Positions 36,319 to 44,751 of a DNA stretch of 45,999 nucleotides are shown here, in pieces (the stretch's first letter is position 1; every line of letters begins with the position of its first letter). Made by a program: the position numbers and the translations under genes. The notes under the pieces were generated by a model that was given only the letters and a program-made list of their open reading frames with translations, had not been told where the DNA came from and made no database searches. Source of the DNA: a virus; the UHGV virus genome UHGV-1315733. One strand, given 5' to 3'.

Positions 36319-37116
36319 TCACCTTCCAAGTAGCTTGCTCTCCAAATCATCCATGTCATACTGTCTTCGCTCAAAGTTGTTATTGTTCTTCATCTGCTTC
36401 TTGAACTTCTCATCGTACTTTCCCTCAAGGATCTTAGCAAAGTTGTCCGGATTGATGAACCAATCGAAGTTCAGTGAGAACCTTGTATCTGTCTTTCCCT
36501 GAAGGAATTCACTCTGTTTGACCTTATCAACAGCTTGTATCACTTTCTCTTCTCCGAATTGCTCAAGTAAGGCAATCAGTGAAGTGCATCTCTTAGAACC
36601 CTGGTTGATGCGGTAAATCATTTTGATTCCGTAAGGCTCTAGCTGATTCCATGCATCGATGATGGATTGAATGCTATGCTGCTTTATAGATACGTTAGTA
36701 TCTATATATTCTTTCTTTCTTCCTTTCTTCCCTTCTTCTATTGTTGTCACTTGCTTGTCACTTGCTTGTCGGTTGCTTGTCAGTTGCTTGTCACTTTGCG
36801 TGTCACTCGATTGATACGAACAGTAATTATTTACCGTAAATACGCTGAATTTGTTATATTTTTTGCTTGTCACTTCGCCTGTCGATTCTAGGTGTTTTAT
36901 TGCTGTTCTTATCTCTCTAACTGAAAGGTTGGTTTCTTCAGATAATTTGGCTAAAGAAGATACGAATGACCCCCTTTTTATCTCAATTCCTAAGAAAAAT
37001 CCGTCCTTCCAGTTCGCTTTTAAAAGCATGTGTATGAACAATCTGGAAGTGTTTTTGTCTTTGTACCACCCCCACTCGAGAAGTGACCGATTAATCTTTA
37101 TGTAATCGCCTTTCAT
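36319..37116 (-). CDS. Replisome organizer/replication initiator (DnaD-like N-terminus, conserved phage C-terminus)
   Basis: N-terminus GDYIKINRSLLEWGWYKD..SRLFIHMLLKANW. C-terminus IQSIIDAWNQ...FLQGKTD...NFDWFINPDNF. Iterons lie in the linker-coding region. Confidence 0.7.
   Translation of the reverse strand: MKGDYIKINRSLLEWGWYKDKNTSRLFIHMLLKANWKDGFFLGIEIKRGSFVSSLAKLSEETNLSVREIRTAIKHLESTGEVTSKKYNKFSVFTVNNYCSYQSSDTQSDKQLTSNRQASDKQVTTIEEGKKGRKKEYIDTNVSIKQHSIQSIIDAWNQLEPYGIKMIYRINQGSKRCTSLIALLEQFGEEKVIQAVDKVKQSEFLQGKTDTRFSLNFDWFINPDNFAKILEGKYDEKFKKQMKNNNNFERRQYDMDDLESKLLGR
36744..36885. repeat. Iteron array (putative origin) inside the replisome-organizer gene
   Basis: cacttgcttgt / cacttgcttgt / cggttgcttgt / cagttgcttgt / cactttgcgtgt, plus ttgcttgtcacttcgcctgtcg about 40 nt further on. 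Confidence 0.55.
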
Positions 37117-37414
37117 ATAATTTCATCCAATCTTCCATTGTCATTGTGACCAGCCAATCCTTGTGATTCTTCCGATGCATTACCGTAGGCATTTCGCCCT
37201 CTCTCGCATTGTTTATGGACTGTTTCACAGCTTCATAGATGTTAAGCTTCTCTACCCTCTTGCACTCAATATGGATGCCAGGAAGACCGACTACATCCGC
37301 ATCTCCATTGGATCCACAGAACTGCTGCCCTCTCCGGCAATCATATCCGTATCTGTCTTTAAGCAGATTTGCTAACTCTCTTTCTCCCTCTTTCCCTTTT
37401 CGGTTTGAGTTCAT
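37091..37414 (-). CDS. Holliday-junction resolvase-like PD-(D/E)xK nuclease (Hjc/RecU-like)
   Basis: KGKEGERELANLL...GSNGDADVVGLPGIHIECKR matches the Hjc pattern (GxxxE...D...E.K). Confidence 0.45.
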   Translation of the reverse strand: MNSNRKGKEGERELANLLKDRYGYDCRRGQQFCGSNGDADVVGLPGIHIECKRVEKLNIYEAVKQSINNAREGEMPTVMHRKNHKDWLVTMTMEDWMKLYERRLHKD

Positions 37415-37733
37415 CTGTGTCTACCTCCATGTTGCAATTCTTGGCTGTTCGCCTTGCTGTTTTTAGTGCCAAGCCGATACTCTTCAGCCGGCTTTCTTCT
37501 TGTCTGATGTACTTCATCAGCATCATTCTCTCTTCTAAGATGTTCATGTCTGGAACGAAGTACCCTCTTCCATCTTGCATGTTGAGAATTGGTATATCTC
37601 GTCTTGCATAATGGATCATGTCTCTAATTGTTCTATCGTCTATTCCGGTCAGATCAGACAGCTCGGCTCTTGTAATTGCTCTGTCATGTCCGGTTCTGAT
37701 GTAATCTAATATGTCAATATCGTAAGTCTGCAT
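37359..37733 (-). CDS. Winged-helix DNA-binding protein (124 aa)
   Basis: ITRAELSDLTGIDDRTIRDMIHYARR is HTH-like. Basic C-terminus. Confidence 0.4.
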   Translation of the reverse strand: MQTYDIDILDYIRTGHDRAITRAELSDLTGIDDRTIRDMIHYARRDIPILNMQDGRGYFVPDMNILEERMMLMKYIRQEESRLKSIGLALKTARRTAKNCNMEVDTDELKPKRERGRKRVSKSA

Positions 37734-37863
37734 TGTTCTCCTTTCTCTCCCCGGACAAGCCGAGGAGATGAATCATCATGGCTCTGATTAAGGATTGTGA
37801 CATACTGTTTCAGTCAGCCATTAGGAGTTTATATATCAACCTTATCCGCTAGGTTAATACCGG

Positions 37864-38172
37864 TTATAGCCAAGACTTTCCGAATACCTCTCTGAACTCT
37901 TCTCTGCTGCCTATATGCTCTTCGAAATATCGTTGAGCCATCTGCTTAAGCTCCAAGTCCAGTCCATGATTCGGATTGTCATGTACGCTCCCCTTTTGAA
38001 ATTCATGGAGATACGGTGCAAGGGGAATCACAAATCCGTATCTCTCAGATATCTTTCTTCTGCTGCCACAAAAGATATGGTGTATGTGTGGATAAGGATA
38101 TCCAGTGAAGAAGCAGTGGTCCATATCGTCAGTAAACACGCTCTTCAATCGTTTAGCCAATGTCCACGCCAT
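37864..38172 (-). CDS. Hypothetical His/Cys-containing protein (102 aa)
   Basis: ORF with CFFTG..HIHHIF.G. Confidence 0.35.
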   Translation of the reverse strand: MAWTLAKRLKSVFTDDMDHCFFTGYPYPHIHHIFCGSRRKISERYGFVIPLAPYLHEFQKGSVHDNPNHGLDLELKQMAQRYFEEHIGSREEFREVFGKSWL

Positions 38173-38728
38173 ACCTTTCTTTCAGTAATCTCTTTTCATC
38201 CGGTGTGGCAATCTCTGATGCTGTAAGTCCTGCTTCTTTGCAACTTGTAATAAGTCCATCAATGAGCCTTGCCATCTCTGATGTATCGTAGGTACTTGAA
38301 CCTCTTAATAGCTTGTATGTTCTGTACACGATACCGTCCAAGCCTTGCCTTACTTGTGATGTCGGCATCAGATGATATTCTGTTGCTTGCATCACTTTCT
38401 TTTCTGCATCTTCCGTATCCGGTACTGTCATGTATATCGGCTTTCCTTCAATGATCTCCGGCTCTCCGTAATGAATCAGCATCAAGTTATGCATTTCTGC
38501 ATTAGATGTGTTCATTACCTTTGCAAGCTTGGTGAGTAGTACCCAGTAGTAAGCATTTGCATCAAGACTTCTTTTCTTCCTGTATGGCTTTATTTCAAGG
38601 CTTAAAACCTCTTTGCCTTTCAATTCCTCGTAAGTCTCAAGAAAGTCCTCATTTGGCTCAAATAGAATGGTCAGACGATGCGTTACGAAGTCGATGATTG
38701 GTTCTTTGAGCTTTCCGGTGAAGCGCAT
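38153..38728 (-). CDS. NinB/Orf-like recombination mediator
   Basis: 'KKRSLDANAYYWVLL' parallels lambda Orf 'RNRSLDQNRKLWACL'. Adjacent to the SSAP. Confidence 0.45.
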   Translation of the reverse strand: MRFTGKLKEPIIDFVTHRLTILFEPNEDFLETYEELKGKEVLSLEIKPYRKKRSLDANAYYWVLLTKLAKVMNTSNAEMHNLMLIHYGEPEIIEGKPIYMTVPDTEDAEKKVMQATEYHLMPTSQVRQGLDGIVYRTYKLLRGSSTYDTSEMARLIDGLITSCKEAGLTASEIATPDEKRLLKERYGVDIG

Positions 38729-39348
38729 TACTCATCACCATACTTCTGTTTCAATGCATTGAGCATCATGGCTGCTTCTTCCTCTGTTAGTTCTTCCCAG
38801 GTCTTTCCATTGCCAGCAACCCAAGCATCGCCATCGACACCATGACTTGTACATATTTGCTTGATTGTTTTGATTTTTGCAGCGGATGCACGTTTCTTTA
38901 ACGTTTCCGGAATGAATGGTTCGTTGTGGTTCTCTTCTTTCAGCCACAGATCAAATCCTAGTCCGGTATGGATAGCAACACACTTTACAAATGCTCTGCA
39001 CATGCTGTTCCATACTCTCTGCTGTGTCATTGAATTATCCTTTACCGGATTGCTTCCATTCATTACAGGTGTCTGCATGAAGTACGTGTTCTCATCAATA
39101 ACAACCTTAATCAGTGTCTCGTAACATCTGTTTTTATTTCCGTTCTTATCAGAGAACTCTACATCTGTCTTTCTAAGGCTGCTACCGGTTACTGGATCCG
39201 GTACTGGTTCCCAGTAAACCTTGTCTGCTCCATGCATTCTCAAAAGGTTGATACATGTTGCCCAGTTTAGATAATCAAGTCCGTCTCTTTTCTTACAGTA
39301 CTTCTTGATATCTACATTTCTAAGTTCTTCGTAGCTTTCAAGTGGCAT
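38728..39348 (-). CDS. Putative single-strand annealing protein (Erf/Sak-type)
   Basis: 206 aa. Sits with the NinB-like and Hjc-like genes. 'YLNWATCINLL' region. Family not confirmed. Confidence 0.35.
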   Translation of the reverse strand: MPLESYEELRNVDIKKYCKKRDGLDYLNWATCINLLRMHGADKVYWEPVPDPVTGSSLRKTDVEFSDKNGNKNRCYETLIKVVIDENTYFMQTPVMNGSNPVKDNSMTQQRVWNSMCRAFVKCVAIHTGLGFDLWLKEENHNEPFIPETLKKRASAAKIKTIKQICTSHGVDGDAWVAGNGKTWEELTEEEAAMMLNALKQKYGDE

Positions 39349-39530
39349 TACAATCCGCTCCTTTCTTCATCTATCCAGTTGCCGGAGAAGAACCACTCGA
39401 CAAGTTCTTTTCTAAACTCTTCCTGGTCTTCTTCTGTTCCTTTTAGGCAACGCTCTAATGCATAATCAAATGCTTCCTCTTCTGTTACGATTGTTCCTTC
39501 TTCCGGTCCGATGCCTCTATAAACTTTCAT
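39348..39530 (-). CDS. Hypothetical acidic protein (60 aa)
   Basis: ORF with an ATGA overlap. Confidence 0.35.
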   Translation of the reverse strand: MKVYRGIGPEEGTIVTEEEAFDYALERCLKGTEEDQEEFRKELVEWFFSGNWIDEERSGL

Positions 39531-39690
39531 GTTCCTTCACCCCAATGATGAGTTTCACTGTATCAAGTTCAACGAATCCACCCTTCTTCTCAGCTTTCTC
39601 AATGTAAGCTTTAAGTGTTTCCATGCGTGCATCTGTCTTGCACAGCTCTACAAATTTATCTATACTTACCTCTAATGTTTTTTCTCCCAT
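39517..39690 (-). CDS. Small ORF (57 aa, MGEKTLEVSIDKFVELCKTD...)
   Basis: The ATG follows RBS AGGAGA at 6 nt. Below cutoff. Confidence 0.35.
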   Translation of the reverse strand: MGEKTLEVSIDKFVELCKTDARMETLKAYIEKAEKKGGFVELDTVKLIIGVKEHESL

Positions 39691-39776
39691 TGCTTTCTCC
39701 TCTCTGAAATGTTATTATTAAGTTGGTTTTATAGCCGAGTGCCTGAAGGTTGCCGCCTTTATCATGGCACTCTTTT

Positions 39777-39989
39777 TTAATATCCGAAGATAACCCATGT
39801 TGCGATTCCTAAGACAACTACCAATACCATCGCAACTACTGTCATAACCGCTGACGTTGTTTCTTCTCTGTCATCATGCTCAATTCTTCTTGGCTGTCTC
39901 TTGGTATTAACTATCTGGATTGCTCTTCTTTGGATGTCGATCATATCGATCTGATTCATTTTTCTCACCTTCTTTCTGAAATGATGCAC
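39777..39989 (-). CDS. Small membrane protein (70 aa, C-terminal TM)
   Basis: Basic N-terminus. TM AVMTVVAMVLVVVLGIATWVIFGY. Confidence 0.4.
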   Translation of the reverse strand: MHHFRKKVRKMNQIDMIDIQRRAIQIVNTKRQPRRIEHDDREETTSAVMTVVAMVLVVVLGIATWVIFGY

Positions 39990-40049
39990 ACGGAATACAT
40001 CTGCTTCTTTCCATGCATCTGTTTCTCTTTTTGCAGTAACTACAATCTC

Positions 40050-40298
40050 TCATATCACTTCCCTACCGATCTTCGCCTTTTCCTCATCAGTGATTTTGAG
40101 TACCCTTAGGATTTCTCGTAATTCACTGATTCGGATGTTGTCTGGCTGACTTAATCTCTGGTACAGAGTACTTGGCGGGATACCGGTCAGTTTTGAAAGC
40201 TTCTGAGTATCGATAGCTGTCATAGTCTTTCCTGACTCGATGATTGCGAGAAGTGTTCTGTTCTGCCTTTCTCTTTCAGATGTCTTTAACTTCGGCAT
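40050..40298 (-). CDS. HTH DNA-binding protein (82 aa)
   Basis: 'KLSKLTGIPPSTLYQRL' HTH. Second gene of the early leftward operon. Confidence 0.5.
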   Translation of the reverse strand: MPKLKTSERERQNRTLLAIIESGKTMTAIDTQKLSKLTGIPPSTLYQRLSQPDNIRISELREILRVLKITDEEKAKIGREVI

Positions 40299-40302
40299 CC
40301 AA

Positions 40303-40509
40303 TCACTTCCTTTTTGATTTCTTCTCTGTAATCAGCTCATCAACCGTACATCCAAGTATGTCAGCAACTTTCTTAATGCTTTTTACTGTAGGACTTACGC
40401 TTTTTCCCCATTTACAGATGCTTCCCTTTGACAACTCAGCTTGTTCCTCAAGTTTGTTTATTGAGATTCCACGCTTTTTAGCTCGTTCAAAAATGTTGTC
40501 GTAAATCAC
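40303..40509 (-). CDS. Cro-like XRE-family HTH repressor (68 aa)
   Basis: 'ISINKLEEQAELSKGSICKWG' XRE HTH. Transcribed toward the lytic genes. Confidence 0.65.
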   Translation of the reverse strand: MIYDNIFERAKKRGISINKLEEQAELSKGSICKWGKSVSPTVKSIKKVADILGCTVDELITEKKSKRK

Positions 40510-40539
40510 GTTTTCACCTCCGCTTTTTTAGTGCGTAGG

Positions 40540-40554
40540 TTCTGAAAAAATCAC
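40540..40554 (+). promoter_or_regulatory. Operator-like motif O1 (TTCTGAAAAAATCAC)
   Basis: One of three copies (two inverted) of TTCTGAAAAAAWCRC in the switch region. Confidence 0.45.
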
Positions 40555-40562
40555 TAAAAATA

Positions 40563-40591
40563 TTGACTAATCTCTGAAAATATCCTATAAT
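40563..40591 (+). promoter_or_regulatory. Near-consensus sigma-70 promoter reading rightward (TTGACT-17-TATAAT)
   Basis: -35 at 40563-68 and -10 at 40586-91. Confidence 0.5.
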
Positions 40592-40646
40592 TTGAATTAC
40601 CACAAACAAATTAAATAAAGCACTTTTGACACTCTGTTTATTTTTT

Positions 40647-40662
40647 GCGTTTTTTTCAGAAC
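40647..40662 (-). promoter_or_regulatory. Operator-like motif O2 (inverted copy)
   Basis: gcgtttttttcagaac is the reverse complement of GTTCTGAAAAAAACGC. Lies between the two -10 elements. Confidence 0.45.
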
Positions 40663-40672
40663 CCATAATTGT

Positions 40673-40700
40673 ATTATACGCGATATATTCAGAAAGTCAA
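40673..40700 (-). promoter_or_regulatory. Near-consensus sigma-70 promoter reading leftward (TTGACT-16/17-TATAAT) toward the cro-like gene
   Basis: On the minus strand: -35 at 40700..40695 and -10 at 40678..40673. Confidence 0.5.
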
Positions 40701-40710
40701 GTGGTTTTTT

Positions 40711-40728
40711 GCGATTTTTTCAGAAAGG
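40711..40728 (-). promoter_or_regulatory. Operator-like motif O3 (inverted copy)
   Basis: gcgattttttcagaaagg. Overlaps the RBS of the cI-like gene. Confidence 0.4.
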
Positions 40729-40737
40729 ATGGAAACC

Positions 40738-41112
40738 ATGAAAGAACGTATCAAAAGCTTATGTAAAGAGCATGGAATTTCTATGAATAAGCTAGAAGAA
40801 ACACTTGGATTCGGAAAGGGATACATAAGTAAATTAGGAAACACTACACCGAATACTGCTAAAATCAAGTTGATTGCTGATTATTTTAATGTATCTGTTG
40901 ATTACCTTATGACAGGTGAGGAGAATGAATCAGAAAAATACTATCTGAATGAGGAAACTGCTAAAGTTGCTCAAGAAATTTTTGAAAACAAGGAACTTAG
41001 AACACTATTCGATGTTCAGAAAGACATGGATCCAGACGATTTAAGAGCATTACACAACATGGCTCTCGCACTGAAACGAAAGGAACGTGGTGACTTTGAC
41101 ACCGGATGTTAA
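40738..41112 (+). CDS. cI-like XRE-family repressor (124 aa)
   Basis: Start trimmed to MKERIK after RBS AAAGGA. HTH 'ISMNKLEETLGFGKGYISKL'. Transcribed toward the integrase. Confidence 0.65.
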   Translation: MKERIKSLCKEHGISMNKLEETLGFGKGYISKLGNTTPNTAKIKLIADYFNVSVDYLMTGEENESEKYYLNEETAKVAQEIFENKELRTLFDVQKDMDPDDLRALHNMALALKRKERGDFDTGC

Positions 41113-41494
41113 CATCATCCTTATGGACTTTCCAAAAGGGAAAGGACATGAAATGGTAGTGCCGAATGAAGATGGCAGTTATACCATATTTATCAATGCA
41201 GCACTCAACTATGAGTCACAGCAAGCAGCACTTAAACATGCTATGAGTCACATTGAAAACGATGATTTCTATAAAGAAGATGTGCAAGAGATAGAATATC
41301 TGGCTCATACTACTACGAAAGCACCTGATCCGGTTATATCAGCATACAGTAAATGTATGGAGCAGAACCGTACTAGACGAAAAAGAGGACGTAGAAGAAG
41401 AACCAGAGATACACAGCGCATTGATTTTATTCGTGAGCATTGTGACACATTCCGACTTGCCGAATATAACTACTTATATGGCAAGGATTTATAA
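41087..41494 (+). CDS. ImmA/IrrE-like (DUF955-like) protein with a degenerate HExxH
   Basis: 'IFINAALNYESQQAALKHAMSHIEND' parallels the ImmA 'I.IN..L....Q...AHELGH' region, but E is replaced by A. Follows the repressor as in ImmR/ImmA pairs. Confidence 0.35.
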   Translation: MVTLTPDVNIILMDFPKGKGHEMVVPNEDGSYTIFINAALNYESQQAALKHAMSHIENDDFYKEDVQEIEYLAHTTTKAPDPVISAYSKCMEQNRTRRKRGRRRRTRDTQRIDFIREHCDTFRLAEYNYLYGKDL

Positions 41495-41507
41495 TGAGGA
41501 ATGAGTT

Positions 41508-42488
41508 ATGAAACCTAGTCAATTTAATCTCATCAGAAGAATGTGGATTCGTGCAACAAGGTACAGATACCGTGAAAAGATTGCAAGAAAGAACAGGACG
41601 AAGGAATTAAAGCTTATCCGCAAGCAAGAAAAGAATGCTCAGAGAGTTTGGAGAAAAGAACAACGAAAGTTATGCACACAAATGTATCCAGTTCCTAAAG
41701 TTATCCACACTTCTCGCTTCTATAGGAATATAACTATTGCTATTTTCTTTGGATGGTTTATTCTTTGGTTCTATGTGATAAGTATACCTACAAGACCATC
41801 TGACAGTTTTCTTGATTCACTATTTCTTCTTTCTGGGTGGGTTATGTTTATTCCATACCCACTGATTCGATATCTGACAAAGAAGAAAAAAGAGACAGTA
41901 AAACAGGATATGATGAACTGTCCTTTCTGTGGATCCGTGATAGTAAGCAGTTGTAACTTCTGCACAGCTTGCGGTTCTTCATTGATTCCGCAGCAACCCA
42001 AAATTGATCCAATGCCAAAAGAACAAAGAAAGGAGAAGATTTGTTCAGCTTGTGGTTCTGTAATAGATATTAATTCTAAATTCTGTCCATGTTGCGGATA
42101 TAAGATTGTGAAGAAGGAAACAGCTATTCCTACTGGTATGAAATTCACATCGGACCATGTTGCTAATAGAAAAGTGATATATAGTCCTCCCAAATTTGAA
42201 ATAGAAGATACTCAACCAGTAACTAGCAAGCCTGTAGCAGAAATTATAGAAGAACCAGTACAAGATATCACCAAGGATGAAGAAGCTAAATCAACCAGCT
42301 TATCTAAAGAAGAAAGAGACGCGCTGATTCAATTCTACAAGGAACAATATAAACAGAAAAAGAGATTAGAGCAAAAAGCTAGGATGGATGAAAGTGATCG
42401 TCTTCGCAGAATTAAGAGTCAGAATTATAAACTTAAAAAGGAAGATGACAAGGAAAATCGTGACCAATATGATGAATTAACAAAATAA
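41508..42488 (+). CDS. Membrane protein with two C4 zinc ribbons and a Lys/Glu-rich tail (326 aa)
   Basis: Basic N-terminus, two TM helices, CPFCGSV...CNFCTACG and CSACGSV...CPCCGYK. RBS GAGGAA. Confidence 0.55.
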   Translation: MKPSQFNLIRRMWIRATRYRYREKIARKNRTKELKLIRKQEKNAQRVWRKEQRKLCTQMYPVPKVIHTSRFYRNITIAIFFGWFILWFYVISIPTRPSDSFLDSLFLLSGWVMFIPYPLIRYLTKKKKETVKQDMMNCPFCGSVIVSSCNFCTACGSSLIPQQPKIDPMPKEQRKEKICSACGSVIDINSKFCPCCGYKIVKKETAIPTGMKFTSDHVANRKVIYSPPKFEIEDTQPVTSKPVAEIIEEPVQDITKDEEAKSTSLSKEERDALIQFYKEQYKQKKRLEQKARMDESDRLRRIKSQNYKLKKEDDKENRDQYDELTK

Positions 42489-42578
42489 GGATATAACTCC
42501 CGGAAGGGATTTATATAAAGCGCGTGGTGCGCTTAGAAAACAAGGCTCTATCACAAAAAGAAAGAGAGGGAAACACGA

Positions 42579-43157
42579 ATGAAAAAGAAAGGTGGATGTT
42601 TAAAAACTGTATTAATTGTTATCGGCGTAATTATTATACTCGGTATCATAGGTTCTGTTATTGGTGGAAAGGATGACGGACCTAAAAAGGTAAACAGTGA
42701 CACTTCTACTGACGCAACGCAAGATGCTTCAAAGAATGAATCAGAACCGGAACAGACTGTATTTAACGTTGGAGATACTGTGAATCTCAATGATGTTGAA
42801 ATTACACTTGTGAACATCACCGAATCTGCCGGTGGGGAATATACTACCCCTGACGAAGGAAACGAGTTCTTAATCCTTGAGTTTGAGATTGCAAACAACT
42901 CATCAAAAGATATCAGCATCAGCTCCGTAATGAATTTCGAAGCCTATTGCGATGATTACTCTCTAACACAAGATCTTGTTGGACTTCAAGCCCCTGAAGC
43001 CAGTGGAAAGAATCAGCTTGATGGAAGTGTTGCTGCTGGAAAGAAGATGAACGGTGTGATTGCATATCAGGTACCTACAACTTTCTCGAAATTCGAGGTT
43101 AGCGTTGCTCCTGATTTCTGGTCATCAAAAGATATTCAGTTTGTTTACAGTAAATAG
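42579..43157 (+). CDS. DUF4352-like membrane-anchored protein (192 aa)
   Basis: N-terminal TM anchor, Ser/Thr/Asp-rich linker and beta-rich C-terminal domain (EFLILEFEIANNS...). RBS AGAGAGGGAAA. Confidence 0.45.
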   Translation: MKKKGGCLKTVLIVIGVIIILGIIGSVIGGKDDGPKKVNSDTSTDATQDASKNESEPEQTVFNVGDTVNLNDVEITLVNITESAGGEYTTPDEGNEFLILEFEIANNSSKDISISSVMNFEAYCDDYSLTQDLVGLQAPEASGKNQLDGSVAAGKKMNGVIAYQVPTTFSKFEVSVAPDFWSSKDIQFVYSK

Positions 43158-43203
43158 TTAATTTGCGGTGTTTGGAACAAGGTTCATTTGCATGAGAGGA
43201 ACC

Positions 43204-43377
43204 ATGAATACAAAAGAATACGTTTATGACAACAAACTTTCTTCCTTATCCGATGCAGAATTGAGAGCTTATGGAAGAGAACTACTGTCAAGACAATATG
43301 CCGGTGAAGAACTTACAGATAAGTTATATACAGAATTAAGAGATGTATGTAGCGAATTTGTAAACAGAGATAATTAA
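43204..43377 (+). CDS. Small protein (57 aa from MNTKEYVYDNK)
   Basis: Trimmed start follows RBS AGAGGAA. Confidence 0.35.
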   Translation: MNTKEYVYDNKLSSLSDAELRAYGRELLSRQYAGEELTDKLYTELRDVCSEFVNRDN

Positions 43378-43385
43378 ATAAAATA

Positions 43386-43415
43386 AAACCGCTCCTGTTG
43401 GCGCAGGAACGGTTG
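43386..43415. terminator. Hairpin between the lysogeny morons and the integrase (better terminator on the minus strand)
   Basis: ccgctcctg-ttggcg-caggaacgg. On the minus strand it is followed by ttttattttattt. Confidence 0.35.
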
Positions 43416-43545
43416 ATACACAACTCCGAAGAGCAATGCGAATTATATGAACAGTAATATTGTATCATCTTCGGAGCAGTCAATCAATCAGAACTGTTGT
43501 TCTATTGTATGGCTGTTATTTTTATACTTAAAAGGAGATGATTAT

Positions 43546-44649
43546 ATGGCAACAGCTAAGAAGTTACCTTCCGGATCCTGGAGATGTCAGGTATTCAGCC
43601 ACTATGAAATTGTCTTAGATAAAAACGGAAAACCTGTTATTGATCCGAAAACGAAGAAACAGAAACAGAAAAGAATCTATAAGTCTTTCACTTGTGATGA
43701 TCCATCGGCAAGAGGAAAAAGAAAAGCTGAAGCAATGGCTGCTGAATGGGCAGATAACAAAGAAATCAAGAAAGATGAAGAAGTACAAATGACTTTCGGT
43801 GATGCACTAGAAAAGTACATCCAGGAACGGTCCGCTGTCCTCTCACCGTCCAGCATCAGAAAGTACAAGAGTATGCAACGTAATTGCATGGTACCGCTCA
43901 AAGAGTATCAGCTAAAGGAAATCACACAAAGCGTAATTCAAAAGGTGATTAATAAGGCATCTACAGAGCTGTCACCTAAGTCTGTTCGTGACATGAATGG
44001 ACTGATCAGCGCGGTAATGAAAAGATTTCGTCCGGGAATTGTAATCAATATCACTCTTCCAAAAAAACTCAGGAGCAACATTTACATTCCTACAGAAGTG
44101 GACATTAAGAAGATTGTTCGTGCATCAGAAGGAACTATCATGGAAGTGCCAATTCTCCTCGCAGCGTTTGGAGCTATGCGAAGAGGTGAGATCTGTGCAT
44201 TACAGAAGTCCGACATCAAGAATCACACGATACACGTTACAAAAACAATGGTTATGAATGTTGAGGGCGAATGGATTGTGAAAGCACCTAAGTCTTATGC
44301 TGGTGACAGATATGTGAATTATCCATCATTCGTAATCGAGAAGTTCTTGGAACTTTCAACCGACACTGTAGACATGAATCCGAATACATTAACAACATCA
44401 TTTGGAAATCTCCTTAAGAAATTAGAGATACCTCACTTCCGATTCCACGACTTAAGGCATTACAACGCTTCTGTTCAACATGCGCTAGGAATACCAGATG
44501 CGTATATCATGCAATCTGGTGGATGGGGAAATGATTCGGTGCTGAAAGAAGTCTACCGTCACACTCTTCCGGACATGGAAGATAAAATGAATAAGATTGC
44601 AATCAACTATTTTGAGTCTATGCAACACGAAATGCAACACGAAACATAA
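43546..44649 (+). CDS. int: Tyrosine integrase
   Basis: Start trimmed to MATAKKLPSGSWR after RBS AAAGGAGA. C-terminal catalytic region FRFHDLRHY...VLKEVYRHT. Its 3' end overlaps the arm-type repeat. Confidence 0.85.
   Translation: MATAKKLPSGSWRCQVFSHYEIVLDKNGKPVIDPKTKKQKQKRIYKSFTCDDPSARGKRKAEAMAAEWADNKEIKKDEEVQMTFGDALEKYIQERSAVLSPSSIRKYKSMQRNCMVPLKEYQLKEITQSVIQKVINKASTELSPKSVRDMNGLISAVMKRFRPGIVINITLPKKLRSNIYIPTEVDIKKIVRASEGTIMEVPILLAAFGAMRRGEICALQKSDIKNHTIHVTKTMVMNVEGEWIVKAPKSYAGDRYVNYPSFVIEKFLELSTDTVDMNPNTLTTSFGNLLKKLEIPHFRFHDLRHYNASVQHALGIPDAYIMQSGGWGNDSVLKEVYRHTLPDMEDKMNKIAINYFESMQHEMQHET
44618..44641 (+). repeat. 24-bp direct repeat, copy 1 (ctatgcaacacgaaatgcaacacg, itself two tandem 12-mers); candidate integrase arm-type site
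   Basis: Exact second copy at 44835-44858. Encodes the last residues of Int (MQHEMQHE). Confidence 0.55.
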
Positions 44650-44679
44650 CAATCATTGATTTTACATGGGTTTTAGCAC

Positions 44680-44711
44680 TTTCTATGGGAGTTCGATTCT
44701 CTCATCCCCTG
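44680..44711 (+). other. tRNA 3' fragment (T-arm plus 3' acceptor strand); candidate att core
   Basis: GGGAG-TTCGATT-CTCTC-ATCCCCT-G, with no matching 5' half upstream. Followed by a tRNA-type terminator. Confidence 0.5.
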
Positions 44712-44716
44712 TAAAG

Positions 44717-44751
44717 CCAGTAATCGTTATGGTTACTGGTTTTTTTGTTTT
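44717..44751 (+). terminator. Rho-independent terminator
   Basis: ccagtaa-tcgttatgg-ttactgg then tttttttgttttt. Confidence 0.65.

Noticed and set aside
44680-44711. Complete tRNA gene adjacent to int
   Set aside because: Upstream sequence (ttttagcactttctat...) cannot supply the 5' acceptor strand, D-arm or anticodon arm. Interpreted as the phage-borne 3' segment of the att core.
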